A stretch of 64,000 bases of DNA from assembly GCA_046563655.1 (NCBI GenBank), contig CM102285.1:9858001-9922000 (forward strand). The letters run 5' to 3'. Below the pieces are notes generated by a model, which was given only the letters and a program-made list of their open reading frames with translations, had not been told where the DNA came from and did not search any database. The stretch's first letter is position 1; each line of letters begins with the position of its first letter. Position numbers and translations under genes: made by a program. Origin of the DNA: Yuukianura sp. NJ FZ-2021 (lineage: Eukaryota). Below, piece by piece: positions 52,756 to 64,000 of this stretch.

Positions 52756-54009
52756 TTTTGAGCAATGTTAAAATTTTGATTTGCACATCATCATTTGGGT
52801 GCACCTCGTTTTCTTAAATGCACCAGTATGAAGAAAGTTGAAAAAATTGCTAACTTTTGTGCATATGACACGAACTCAAGCCGATTACTTGTGAATCAGC
52901 TAACACCAGCGACTTGCTTTCATTTTCGATATTTTCGAAGTTGTTGGCTACGTATTAGGTGATGCACAAATTTAAGCATTAGTTTATCGAGGATAAGAGA
53001 AATGCGAATTCGTCTCTAGAATTTGTGAATGTTTCTTTCCAACCACTTTAATGTTCAAATTCCGAAGTTGTAATTGTGCAAATTTGCACACTTTTGAGCA
53101 TTGGCTTTCCATAATCGCCTTTTCTAAACATCACCTTCTTGTACTAACGTAAAAGCGGCATCATTTCATGTATTTTTCTAAAAATGCTTTGAATCATTGA
53201 ACATTGCCTGCTGCAATGCAAGTTGCTTTTCCGTAAAATAATTCATGTCCCATGTGTGGGCGTTGAAAAGTGGACAAATGAGAACTACACAAAGCCTCTT
53301 GCCCTCAAGATCAAACTTTTCAACAAGTCGACCTCTGCCACCCAGGCGTTTACCACAAACTACAATAAGGTTTTTGGTGGGTCGTTTTTGTACAAAAGCA
53401 GCAGAATTTCAATCTGCGGAGTCCATTGTGTCCTCCGTTGGACTGGATTTGTATTTGGTGGGGTAGTTTGTGTGTTGAGCCGGGAGGGTTTCACTGGGAG
53501 TTGAATCAGTAAAAACTAAAAGTATGGATTGGGAGTGTGGTTGATGCCCGGAGGTCGAGCAGTGCTCTCCGCCTTGACTGTATTTGGAGAAAGGAGATGA
53601 TGAGGAATGGTGAATTTGGCCAAGAGGCATTATTAACCCAACTTCGCCTGGAACTAAACTGAAATGCAATGCAGTTTCCATCCCAGTCATAAGCAGCACA
53701 AAAGCTAAAAGTTCCAAACGCCGAGGCTTGCCCTAAACGTCCAAACACAGAGACTTTGGCGTAGTCGGTGTCCTCAAGCCAAAGAGAATTGGAGGCTGAA
53801 CAGTACTTGTAGCACTTTCATCCCAAACCTCCCTTCAGTCCTACTTCAGGAGCCGCAGTACTCGGAACAATCTTCAAACAGGAAGAGTTAGGTTAACGCG
53901 GGAAAAGTCAGCGGAGGGAGAGAGCACCGATTCAGCGAAAAGCGAGGGAAAGGGGAAAAGCACGTGGGGAAAGTCATCTGCTGGTGAGCAAGGTCACGAC
54001 AGCCAAAAC

Positions 54010-57000
54010 ATGCTGTCATCCATGGATCAAAAACCAATCACCAAAACAATCATCATCGAAGCAGCAGCTCCACCGAAGAGACTGAAGCGGTACGTTTAAC
54101 AACCTTTAATAAATTTCTTCAGTAATACGCGTTCAGTTTTGGTTTCTTAAAGTCAAGCTGTTTTCAAAATCCTTAGTTAGCATCATGTATTGTATTTCAA
54201 AAAAAATGGATTTCGATGGATTTTTCGAAATTCTAAAAAAAAAGATTGAGGATGATAGAGTAGACAGTAGAAGTATTTATTCCCCGCGTTCCAGATTCTT
54301 CTGCACTTCTGCTGCTGCATTGTTGATCAATCTTCTCAACTTGAGGGATTGAAGAAGCAATGTTTTTAAATGAAATATTTTACGTCTATTTTACATCTAG
54401 AAAACATTCTTGTTTTGAAACTGTCGTTACATGTCGTTTGAAACGTTTCTCCAGGGAAGAATGTAACCACAAAACATAACTGCAGGAGAAAGTGAAACAT
54501 TGAAGTAAATGAGGGAACATTTTTAGATTTTAGAAAGCGATTAGACCAAACGGCTAAAGCATGTCTCCTATTTCATTTATGTGTTCCCATCATAATCATA
54601 AAGTAACTCTGATGACGACTAGTACTCGTATCAGTCTCCGATAGGATGACGACTTATTTCCAGTACTACGAACTTTCTCCATTCCTCAGAGGACTTGGAT
54701 GGTCCATTTATTTCAGAACAGTCAATAGTAAGTGGTCCATAAGAAGTGATTTCTATTCCAAAGTTTACTGGAACGATTTAGTCGTTTCGAGTGTCCATGA
54801 ATAGAAAGGGCCCTTTTAAGGGCTGCTCTCTGTGGGAATTGAACCCTCTGGACAATCCATATTGTATGTGCAGATAGAATGCCATAACCTAAGGACCAAC
54901 AAAAGTCCAGAATGGGAATTGGTCGATGGTTGTTGGAAGTAGTAAAAGATCCAGATGTGATTGTAGCTGGGAGAGATTCCAAATTCTATTGAGATGCTTT
55001 TTGAAGAGAATTGGCTGGAAGGGTTGCCTGGAGCCTTAATTCTCTCTGGAAGTTCCCATAAGATGAGGAATGGCAAAAGATGTCCGCTGGCCAATTTCTG
55101 TAATCATACACTCCGTCGGCATAACCACTTCATCTCCACATCTTCCTCCTGTTTCTGACGCTCTTCTGCCCACAGGGCCAAGGGAATTTATCAAAGGCTC
55201 ACTGAACCCAATACGCACTTCGCAGGATCTGTTAGCCAGCAGCAGGCCTCTAAACGTAACAGTGGCTGAACAATTCAAAAATGAAAAGCAGGACGTGAAC
55301 TTCTGACCTCTGCACGGAGAGTTCCGCCCGAAAGCGCTTTTGCGAAATTTTGTTTTTTCAAAAACTTCAACCAATATTTTCATTTTCAGACGCGAAAGTA
55401 TAGAATGTGAGAGCAGCTACTAAGTTTTAGTTAGTTGAACGTTGGACGCTTACGGATGCACGATGTGGGTGTTAACCATGAAGTTGAATCGCTGTTGAAT
55501 ATCTCGTTGGACGCTCCAGCCTATCTGGATACGAAATGACTTTTTGGATGAAGCGCTAAAGTAAAAGTTAATTTTCCAAACACGACCGGATATTTGTGTT
55601 GGAAAGTTTTGCTGGAAGGGGCATGGAAGAGGAAAGTGTCCGAGGGCCAAAGCTTATAAAATCTTCCAAGTGCTCATTTAAAATCAAGAGACACGGCGGT
55701 TTCAGTTCAGCTAGCACAGAAATTTGCTGGAAAAAGGGCTTTCGGCAAGTATTACGATTTCTAAGAAGAATCAACCAAGAAAAAAAAAGTCATCAAAGTT
55801 AGAGCCAAAGCACATTCTACCTGGATGAATGTTTTTGTTCTGGAGGGTAGTTGGGTTCTGTGTGCTATTGTAATTTTACCCGAAGCGTCAGTGTCATGCT
55901 TAAATATAGTAGGTGAAAGTAGACTGTTCCAGGTTCATTTTTGGAAGAGAAAAAAATTGAAAAGAAAACAATGCCCACATCATCATCATAATTGGACAGC
56001 AGTTGAGGCATACAAAAACCTTCCAGGATTAATTTCCCGTTACACATAGAGCTTCTAGGGTTCCTAAAGCACGAGATTTTACTTTCTTTTTTATTTAAAA
56101 AGTGCCATCAGCGGAATAATTTTTACAAATTCATACTCGACACAGGAGGGGATTAAGTTTTCATTCAATTATTTTCAACAGCCGCCAGGTAAACTAAAGA
56201 CTAACAGCAAAAGCCTTTCCTCATCTTCTGGCGTATTACACATTGATTTTTAGGTTTAACTTTTTAGTTAATAGAATGTTGCGCAATTCTGCCTCAAACT
56301 TCGATGATTGCTTGTAGCGAGGTTTTTCAATTTTATAGTAATCCTTAACTGAAATTAATTTAAGGTAGATTAATCAAAGGTGTTATGACTTAATTGTTAA
56401 TTGGTTTCAGGGAGGCTCGTCACATCTCTCCCAATGGATCTCCGATTCCTTTTTCAACAAGTGGAATGCCGAGCTCTTCTTCCCCAACTCCGCCAATTGC
56501 CTCCACTGCTATTTCTTTTAGTAGTCAACAAAAAATTATTGGAATTCCGTGTGTTGCTGCAGCTTCTAAGTATACTGCTCCAGGTAACACCTATGATACT
56601 TGCTTAATACTGTAACTGAACTTTAATTATAATTGAATTAATTTATTTCTAACTGTAATTTACTTATAAAGCTAAATTAACCAATTATATTAATTCATGT
56701 TTTGCAGTTCACATTGACGTTGGTGGAACCATATACACCTCCTCTCTTGAGACGCTGACAAAGTGAGTGATCCGACTTTCACCCTGGGAACTTTCACCTC
56801 CCACGGGAAAACCATGCATAACTGCTATTAAAAAAATGAAACGTTTTTCTTAGCTTCTGGTCACCAAACAAACTTAGTAGCGAATTTATGAAACGAAACG
56901 TGTGCCTGAAATTCATGAAATTTCTTTTTGTTGAAGTTAGAGTCAAATGGAGACTTAACACAGAGTTTACTAGGAACTTTATAACCCTCCCTGGGCTTCC

Positions 57001-59183
57001 CGAGGTGAAGTTTATTTATTAAAGAACTTTTTGGAGCCAGGGATAAGATGAAGAAAAGAAAAAATAGAATAATAATTATTGACCTCAGGCCGTTTTGTCA
57101 TTGGAAAAAAGTAGAGTACTATGAAAGAATACGAGGGAAAAAAATTAAAGTAAAAGTTCCCTCAGGCTAACTAAATTTTCTTCTTTCTCATTAAAGTTTC
57201 CTTATTACTCCTAACTGCGAAAGAAGAAAAAAAAAGGAGAATTTTTGTGATTTTTTTTTTGCTGAAAATTTAGTTTTCTCTGGAGGTCTCAAACTGGTTG
57301 AGTTCTTCAACTATTACTTTGCTGGAGGTGTTTTTTCTTTCTTATTTTTTGGTAAAAAGCCATGAAAATCAAGGGAAAAGCTCAGAGATTTTTTACATTA
57401 GCTTATGTAAATAGACATACAAACAATGTTCTTAGGACATGAATTTTAGGAAATAAATGAGCCTAAACAAGCCTTTTTCCACAAAATTTAAAAAACACGA
57501 AACACTTCAGGCTTCGCTTTCAACTTTTTTGAATAATTGTTTTAGTTTGTGGATTTTTTAACAAGTTTCTTGGGCTGAATCGGTCCTAATCTTTGGAAAA
57601 AGCTTGACAAGAAAAGTACGAAGAACATTAAAAAATTTTCTACTTTCTCTTTTCTATGTTTCAGATTTCCAGATTCGCGTCTCGCCAAAATGTTCAACGG
57701 AAGCATCCCAATTGTTTTGGATAGTTTAAAACAACATTACTTCATTGATCGTGACGGCGATATGTTTCGACACGTTTTAAATTTCATGCGGAACAACATC
57801 CCATCCCACTCAAACACTAAACTGCTTCTACCCTCTGATTTTCCAGACATTGAACTACTTTTGGAAGAAGCCCGCTTCTTTGAAATCCAAGGTACGCTTT
57901 ACGAAATCAATTGCTCATCGCGGCTTTTCCATCAACCGTGAACATCAGCATCAACCAAAACGTCCAGGACGGTCCTGTTGCAGCAATGCTGACTGCGGAT
58001 TGGTTGATGCGGCGGTGTGTTCCTCTTCTGTTCCAAATTCATGCTACGTCCCATCTTAACAAGATGAGACTCGCCCCAAGACTTTTAAACCACTTCTTTT
58101 CCAAACTCGGAGTTTTGAGTGCTCGAAGCGATTCTGAGATTGTTTGAATGTTTGGTACTTATGACTAGCCTGGCAAATAGTTTTGTATGTCTAAAAACTC
58201 CGCCGTCTACCTTTAGCTTCGGCTCTAAAGAAGAAGAGAGATTTTTCTCCTAGAATATCTTCTAGTTTCTACACTACCATCTTCTAGCATCATCACTTTA
58301 GTTTACGTGTCTTGCCCAATCCCAGTTTTTTTTCTTCCGCCCCGAGAAGTGAAAAAGTTAATTTCGCTCATCTCATCTTCCCTCTGCTCTGAAAAGTCAT
58401 AGAGAAAGAAATTGAGATAAAGTGTAGAACACTTCTTCGTAAGAGCCGCAGAGAAAGTACGAAGCACTTCTTAAAAAAAATCTAAGAAAAAAAATATCAA
58501 CTTTTTTACTTTTACTTTTTATTATAGAAATGTGCAGAGAGCTGGAACAATTAAAAAAAGACCGCGACGAAGGTGATGGAGGGGCACAGGACTACCGTGC
58601 GAGGTCAAAAGTCATCCGCGGAGGGAGTAACAATGGCGGGGCAAGTGGCGGGGCACTTCTTCTCAATAACAATCATCATTCCATAACTCCACCCAAGCGC
58701 CGCCTTGGAAATCACCATCATCATCACTTGAACAACTTCGGTGGAAGCAGTAGTAGTGGCGGTGGGGACTTGAAGGGCGTGGGACTTGAGCCTGAAGGGC
58801 TCGGTGAAAGCAGTGAAAGTACAAAGAAGTCAATTTGTCTAGGGGAAGAACGCGTCCTTCACGAATGTCTCATACTGAACATCAGTCCAGACTTGGGCGA
58901 GAGAATCATGTTGTCAGGAGAGAGGGCCCTTATTGAGGAAGTATTTCCAGAAACGGGGCATGCTGTGCTGGAGGGTCGTAGTACAAGTACTAGTGTCGCC
59001 TGGCACCAAGATGCTAAGCATGTTATACGATTTCCACTTAATGGCTACTGTAAACTAAATTCTATTCAGGCCATTACGAGACTCTTGGGCCTAGGCTATG
59101 TCATTGCAGCGAGTCACGGCGGTGGGGTTGACAGTCAACAGTTTTCAGAGTATCTCTTCGTTCGGAAGTGTTCGGGAAGTTAA
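54010..59183 (+). CDS. twz: KCTD1/KCTD15-family BTB/POZ protein (Drosophila tiwaz-like)
   Basis: Exons 54010-54089 (putative first exon, phase-compatible), 56411-56583, 56708-56762, 57665-57891, 58528-59183. Diagnostic segments: [75 protein letters not shown] and the C-terminal [13 protein letters not shown]...[23 protein letters not shown]...[14 protein letters not shown]. Confidence 0.93.
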
Positions 59184-60623
59184 AGCGATTTAAATGGACG
59201 TTAGCTAATCCTCGAACTCAGTCTTAGCAATGCCCTAGCGCTGGAAGCCGTTGCTATACTTTTAATTCTTTAGTTTGAGCTTATTAACGTGTTACATTAC
59301 AGCAAACTAGTTAACTTAATTGGTAATTAAAATGTAAAACGTAGTTTAGTTTAGTTATATTCAACGTTTGTTAAACTCTCACGTTCACTCACTAATAATA
59401 CTCATCACACCGACTTCAGAAAACTGAAAGCACTTTTCCATCAAAAGGAAAATTATTTGGTGAAACTTATGAAAAAAAAACGCGATCTTATTGTGTTGTT
59501 TCTTTTCGAAAAAAAATTCGCTGCGTTGCAGGTAGTGAAAATCAAAAACTTTTTAAATCAAAAACGTCAAGCGTTCGTTATATAAAATGGACGTTTGGGT
59601 TAGTACTCAATGATTGAATGGACGTGATTGGCCTAAGGTGCGGAATTTGATGTCCAGTTCAGAAAATGAAGTTAGAAATTTCAATTTTTTGAAAAGTGAT
59701 TTGAATCGCTAGAGGGCAATGGAATGGGAAGGAGAGCAGCGCTGGTTGAATCCATAGCTGGAAGTCGTAATATAGAGCCACAGCGTTTACCATTTGGAGC
59801 TTAGGCTTTGGCCCCTCCAGCACTTTCGCCATTTTCTCCAGTGTCGTCGTCCCACTTGAACCTTCGCTGCCTCAGGCCACCCACGTCTATTCTCAGTTCC
59901 ATGCATATGCACATGTGGAACCAACATAACATATACATGTAAAGTCCCCAATTCCAGAACACTGGAACTTTCAGTATACAGAAATTGAGTACTACGCTAA
60001 GCTCCAGGCCCAGTTCTGTCCATGAGAACTTACACGGAGTGACAACGCCCTGTTTCAAAACTCAATTTTCCAAGCTGAAGTCCCTCCAGCGCCTAAGTTA
60101 CTGTGCCGATACATTTAATTCCCATAGGCCATTTTCCCAAAATTTCCAAAAGGTTAAAGGGAACAGAACAGAAAGTCCAGTTCAGAATTCGGCTTGGACG
60201 TAACACTCGCCATCATGCCCGCTTACGTCATTTCCAATTCGGCACACATAACATAACCAAGAACCTAATTCGAAACAAACACAAAAGTTAGTATGTTATG
60301 TTATGAATTTTAGAAAGTCACCAGCAAGCCTTCTTGGAGGCTTCGTTTATGTTTGGAAATGTAGGAAAAGAGAAAAGAGAAATTACCAGGACGTCGTGTG
60401 TGAAGTTTTTGTTTGTTTTAGCTTGCTTGTGGTCACTTTCACTCTTTGTATTTACCTGTTTTACATCATCGTTCCAATTCTACCAAACAAACAGAAAAAC
60501 AGCAACATTTTTTAACAGCACGCACGATTAATTCTTGGATTCGTTTGGATTTGATTACATTTATTCTTGTTTTCATTAGTTTTGTTCGAAGTTGTTGAAT
60601 TGGCATTGCACTAACACTAAGAA

Positions 60624-62392
60624 ATGGCCAAATCCAAAGGAAAAGGAAAGCGCAAGGGTGGAAAGAAAGGGAAGAAAGGCGGTGGAGACGGGGAAAAAAA
60701 GAAGAAATTGAAGGCAGTTCCTGAAGGATTGGCTCTTAATGAAATGACAAAGAAGCAACTCAGGAAACACGTCCTGAAGCTTTTTGTAATTTTTTACAAA
60801 TTTTTAAACCTTACAACACTATAACTTTACACTTTTATTGTTCAAAGTGAAAGTAAGTGAAAGCAATTTGACATTTTCATTCAGATTGAAATTGATCGAG
60901 AAAGAGTTGAGCGGAATTTCTTCATGCTGGAACGAGACAAGCAATTCCTTTTGTGGAATTTGGTTCTGGAACAAATTTCACAAGAGAAAGATCGAGCTCG
61001 GCTTCTGGAAGTTCACTACGATGATGTACTAAAAATAATCATTACATATGAAAATTAACCTATTTTTGGTTTTTCGTTTTTCAAAATTAGCTTGCAATTC
61101 TTTTTTCATTTCAAATTTTCAGACGGAACGTGACAAGGACAAGGAAATGAACATTTGGAAACAGAAACTTCGACACATGATGGGCGAACAAACGGAAAAG
61201 TTGGCCAAGGCTCGAATGTCCAACCTCTACAAAATGAAACGCATTCAAGATGAAATTTGGGAAATTTATATGATGCTCCGTGATGGGATGCTGGAGAAGC
61301 ATCGTCAATGGAGAGCAATGGAAGCCAGCAAATACGGACTTTTGCAAAATCTGGTCCAAGGTCACCAAGATGAAATCACGACGCTACGACAGCAATTTGC
61401 CGATGAAGTTAAAAGAATGAGCGAAGCTACTGAACGCGAAGCAGCTATGGAGAGAAAACGAGTCGACAATGCCAATTCTCAGCAATTGGCTACTCTACGG
61501 GCCAAAAAAGAAGAGCAAATTGAGCAAATGTTGTACATGCATGAAAAGCAATTGCTGGAGATGAAGACGTTTTTCAACGATTTGGAAGTGAACAATATGG
61601 CTGTCATTACAAGCTTACAGCAAGAAATTGTTGTTAAAAAGTTGAACGAACGAAGACTTCAGCGAACTCTCAAGGAAATCAAGGACAAGCATCAAGGTCT
61701 TCTGGTTCCAATTGAAAATTTTGAAGCCAAAATGATTGAGTGGGCGGATGATGAGAAGGAAATGGAGAGAGTCAGGAAAGAAATTGCTAAAGGAGAAAGA
61801 CAGGTCAAAGTTCAACAGTTTTAAACATTTCAGTATTGTTTCAGTCATACGTAAACCAAATGCCTAATATTTTGGTTGTTTCTAATTTCAGTTAGCCCAG
61901 AACCAGCAATACATTAGCCTGATGTCTTGCGCCAACGAAGCGTTGCTTCAAAAGACTCGCTGCATTGACAAGGAACGGAACGCTTTGCGACGATGCTTTA
62001 CGCAATCGGTACTGAAAAATCACATGAAGGGAACAATGGGCCGGATCGTAACTGGATTTAAGCAGCGAGCAGCCGATGCTGGTTACATCACCGCCGTTCC
62101 CGAAGATGACGAATGCAATGTCGCAAATGCTAGGAAGAAGGGTGTTTGCAAAGCGCTTCAACCGCTGTTCGACAAATCTCCATTTGCTTTTAACGAGTGC
62201 ATCTTCCCCGACCCTACTCAAGAGCCACACCCATATTGTCGTCCGATTCAATGGAGCCCACAGCGTAGAAGCCTTGGACCATCTTTCATTTGTGATGCGC
62301 CTCAACGTGTGTCAGAACAGCAACACCACTTTCTGCCTCCGTTGACACAACCGAGACGTTGTATTCGACCTGCCAATTTCACTGACGAATAA
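60624..62392 (+). CDS. GAS8: GAS8/DRC4 (dynein regulatory complex subunit 4)-like paralog 1, divergent, ~494 aa
   Basis: Exons 60624-60785, 60885-61025, 61123-61803, 61892-62392. A Lys/Gly-rich N-terminus is followed by EGLALNEMTKKQLRKHV, EIDRERVERNFFMLERDK, HEKQLLEMKTFFNDLEVNNMAVITSL and a long coiled coil. Confidence 0.85.
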
Positions 62393-62824
62393 TGGACAAC
62401 TATACAACAATAATAATCAATACACACCATATACACATATGTATATTTAAAAATGTCGAAAGTGCGAATTTGGTTTCACAACAATCAATAATCTCCGAGT
62501 TTCACAAGCTAAGTTATACGAAAATATTGTACAATTTTGGAAAAATAGTAAACAATCGAGAAAAAATAACAGAATTGGAGTTTTTTTTTGGGTGAAACTA
62601 ACTTTCACCAAAAATATGGGTAAAATTAAAAATTCTGTTTTTCTTGAACTTTAAAATACAAGGGATCACGCACAAGTATGGACCCACCCCTTTCCTAACG
62701 ATCAAGCTTTTCTCTGTGTGCCATTATTGTCTGCTAAGAACTTGGTTTGGTGTATGTCTAGTTCCTTTTAACGGATATTTTTCAAAAAATTTTAGAATAA
62801 GTTAAGTTTCAATTGTTAATTAAG

Positions 62825-64000
62825 ATGGGAAAAAAGAAGGGAAAGTCAGGCGGAAAGAAAGGGAGGAAAGTCGTTGATGGGATTTCAACGGCGGAGATGT
62901 CACGCGAACAACTGCTGGGTCATATCAAGCGTCTCCAGGTATTCAACATAGCAAGTATTGTACTACTTTTAAAAACTTATTGAAAATTATGCTAAAATTA
63001 CTGCCAATTTTATTTAAAACTAGAGTGAAATTGATCGCGAACGTGAGGAACGGAATTTCTTTATGCTTGAAAGAGAAAAACTATTTTCCTTATGGAGCTT
63101 GGCACTGGAGAAAATCAACGAAGAAAAAGACAAAGCCCGGCTAAGAGAGATACATCTCGACGATGTAAAAAATTGTTAATTTGCCTATTCAAAGTAATTA
63201 ACCATCTTGATTTAACTCAATATTAGTTATTTACCATAGGTTCGTGAAAGTAAAGAGGAAGACATGAAGTTGCAGAAACAGAAGGTTCGGTATCTTATGT
63301 CTGAGCAATTGAAGAAACTGGGTGAAACGCGTCTTGATTACTTGTACCGAATAAGAGATCATCAAATTGAATTCGGAAAAGTAGAGGCCACTTTAAGAGA
63401 GAAAGTACAAGAGGTCAAAAGTGAAGCCAGTACAACAAGAGCATGTCTTTTCCAAACAGTTCGAGACTTACAGATTCAAAAAATACAAGACGTCTCAATT
63501 GTCCGAAGAGACTATGCATCAGAAATCCGTCGATTGGAAGTTGAATCTGACTTGAGAGTGGTCAAATGTCGAGACAGATTTGAGCTCGAGTCGAAACAAG
63601 ATCTGATTCAGCTCCAAATTATCAAGGACGAACAAATTCATCAGTTGATCCAAGTTCATGCAGAACAGTTGAATCAGTTGAAAGACTACTACAATGACAT
63701 CATAACTAACAACTTAGCACTGATTACTACGCTTCGGGATGAACTTGCAGAAAGTAAATCAAGAGAGGCAAAGGTTAGTTCTGAATTGGAACGTTGTAAG
63801 GTCAACAAGCAACAATTTAAAGAGAAAGTTCAGCAATTGGAACTCAAGATGGTAGAATGGACAGAAGAAGAAAAGAAAACGGCTTCTAGAATTACCCAGG
63901 TCCAAAGAATGGACAAGAAAGTGAGACATCTAAACGTTTCCTGCTGATCTGTTTCAAAAATTTTGAAAAAAGAAAATTGGCTAATCTTTGTTTCAGGTTA
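62825..64000 (+). CDS. GAS8: GAS8/DRC4-like paralog 2 (5' part; continues beyond the window)
   Basis: Exons 62825-62938, ~63024-63164, ~63240-63920, with the next acceptor at ~63996. MGKKKGKSGGKKGRKVVDGISTAEMSREQLLGHIKRLQSEIDREREERNFFMLEREK...KQKVRYLMSE...LKDYYNDIITNNLALITTL matches GAS8 hallmarks. Confidence 0.9.

Noticed and set aside
53223..56049. Short ORFs around the first tiwaz exon and intron (e.g. 53409-53717, 55036-55383)
   Set aside because: No domain similarity or convincing splice structure; most likely UTR or intron sequence.
1..64000. tRNA, rRNA, snRNA genes, autonomous transposons, U12-type introns, stop-codon readthrough
   Set aside because: None was recognisable by eye, and all introns inspected are GT-AG. 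A covariance-model scan would be needed to exclude small RNAs formally.

Overview
Compact, intron-rich eukaryotic genomic DNA. AT-rich, mostly 60-110 nt GT-AG introns, TTAGG-type motifs and insect-like proteins point to an arthropod; a springtail-like hexapod is plausible but only inferred. Gene order: neuronal calcium sensor NCS-2/CG7646-type (-), preceded by ~17 kb of non-coding DNA; inositol monophosphatase (-); RSPH1-like MORN protein (+); Ski2/SKIV2L helicase (+); ASCC3 tandem helicase (+); a secreted two-domain beta-defensin-fold peptide (+); a repeat-rich spacer; KCTD1/15 (tiwaz-like) BTB protein (+); and two tandem GAS8/DRC4 paralogs (+, the second runs off the window). The standout is inside the IMPase gene. 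The segment encoding the substrate pocket and the catalytic WD motif is present twice: as a two-exon cassette (106+46 = 152 nt) and as a single 152-nt exon. A 22-nt intronic element between them is perfectly complementary (18 bp each, 14 nt overlapping) to one element in the upstream intron and one in the downstream intron. This is a candidate competing-RNA-structure switch for mutually exclusive splicing of two active-site variants.
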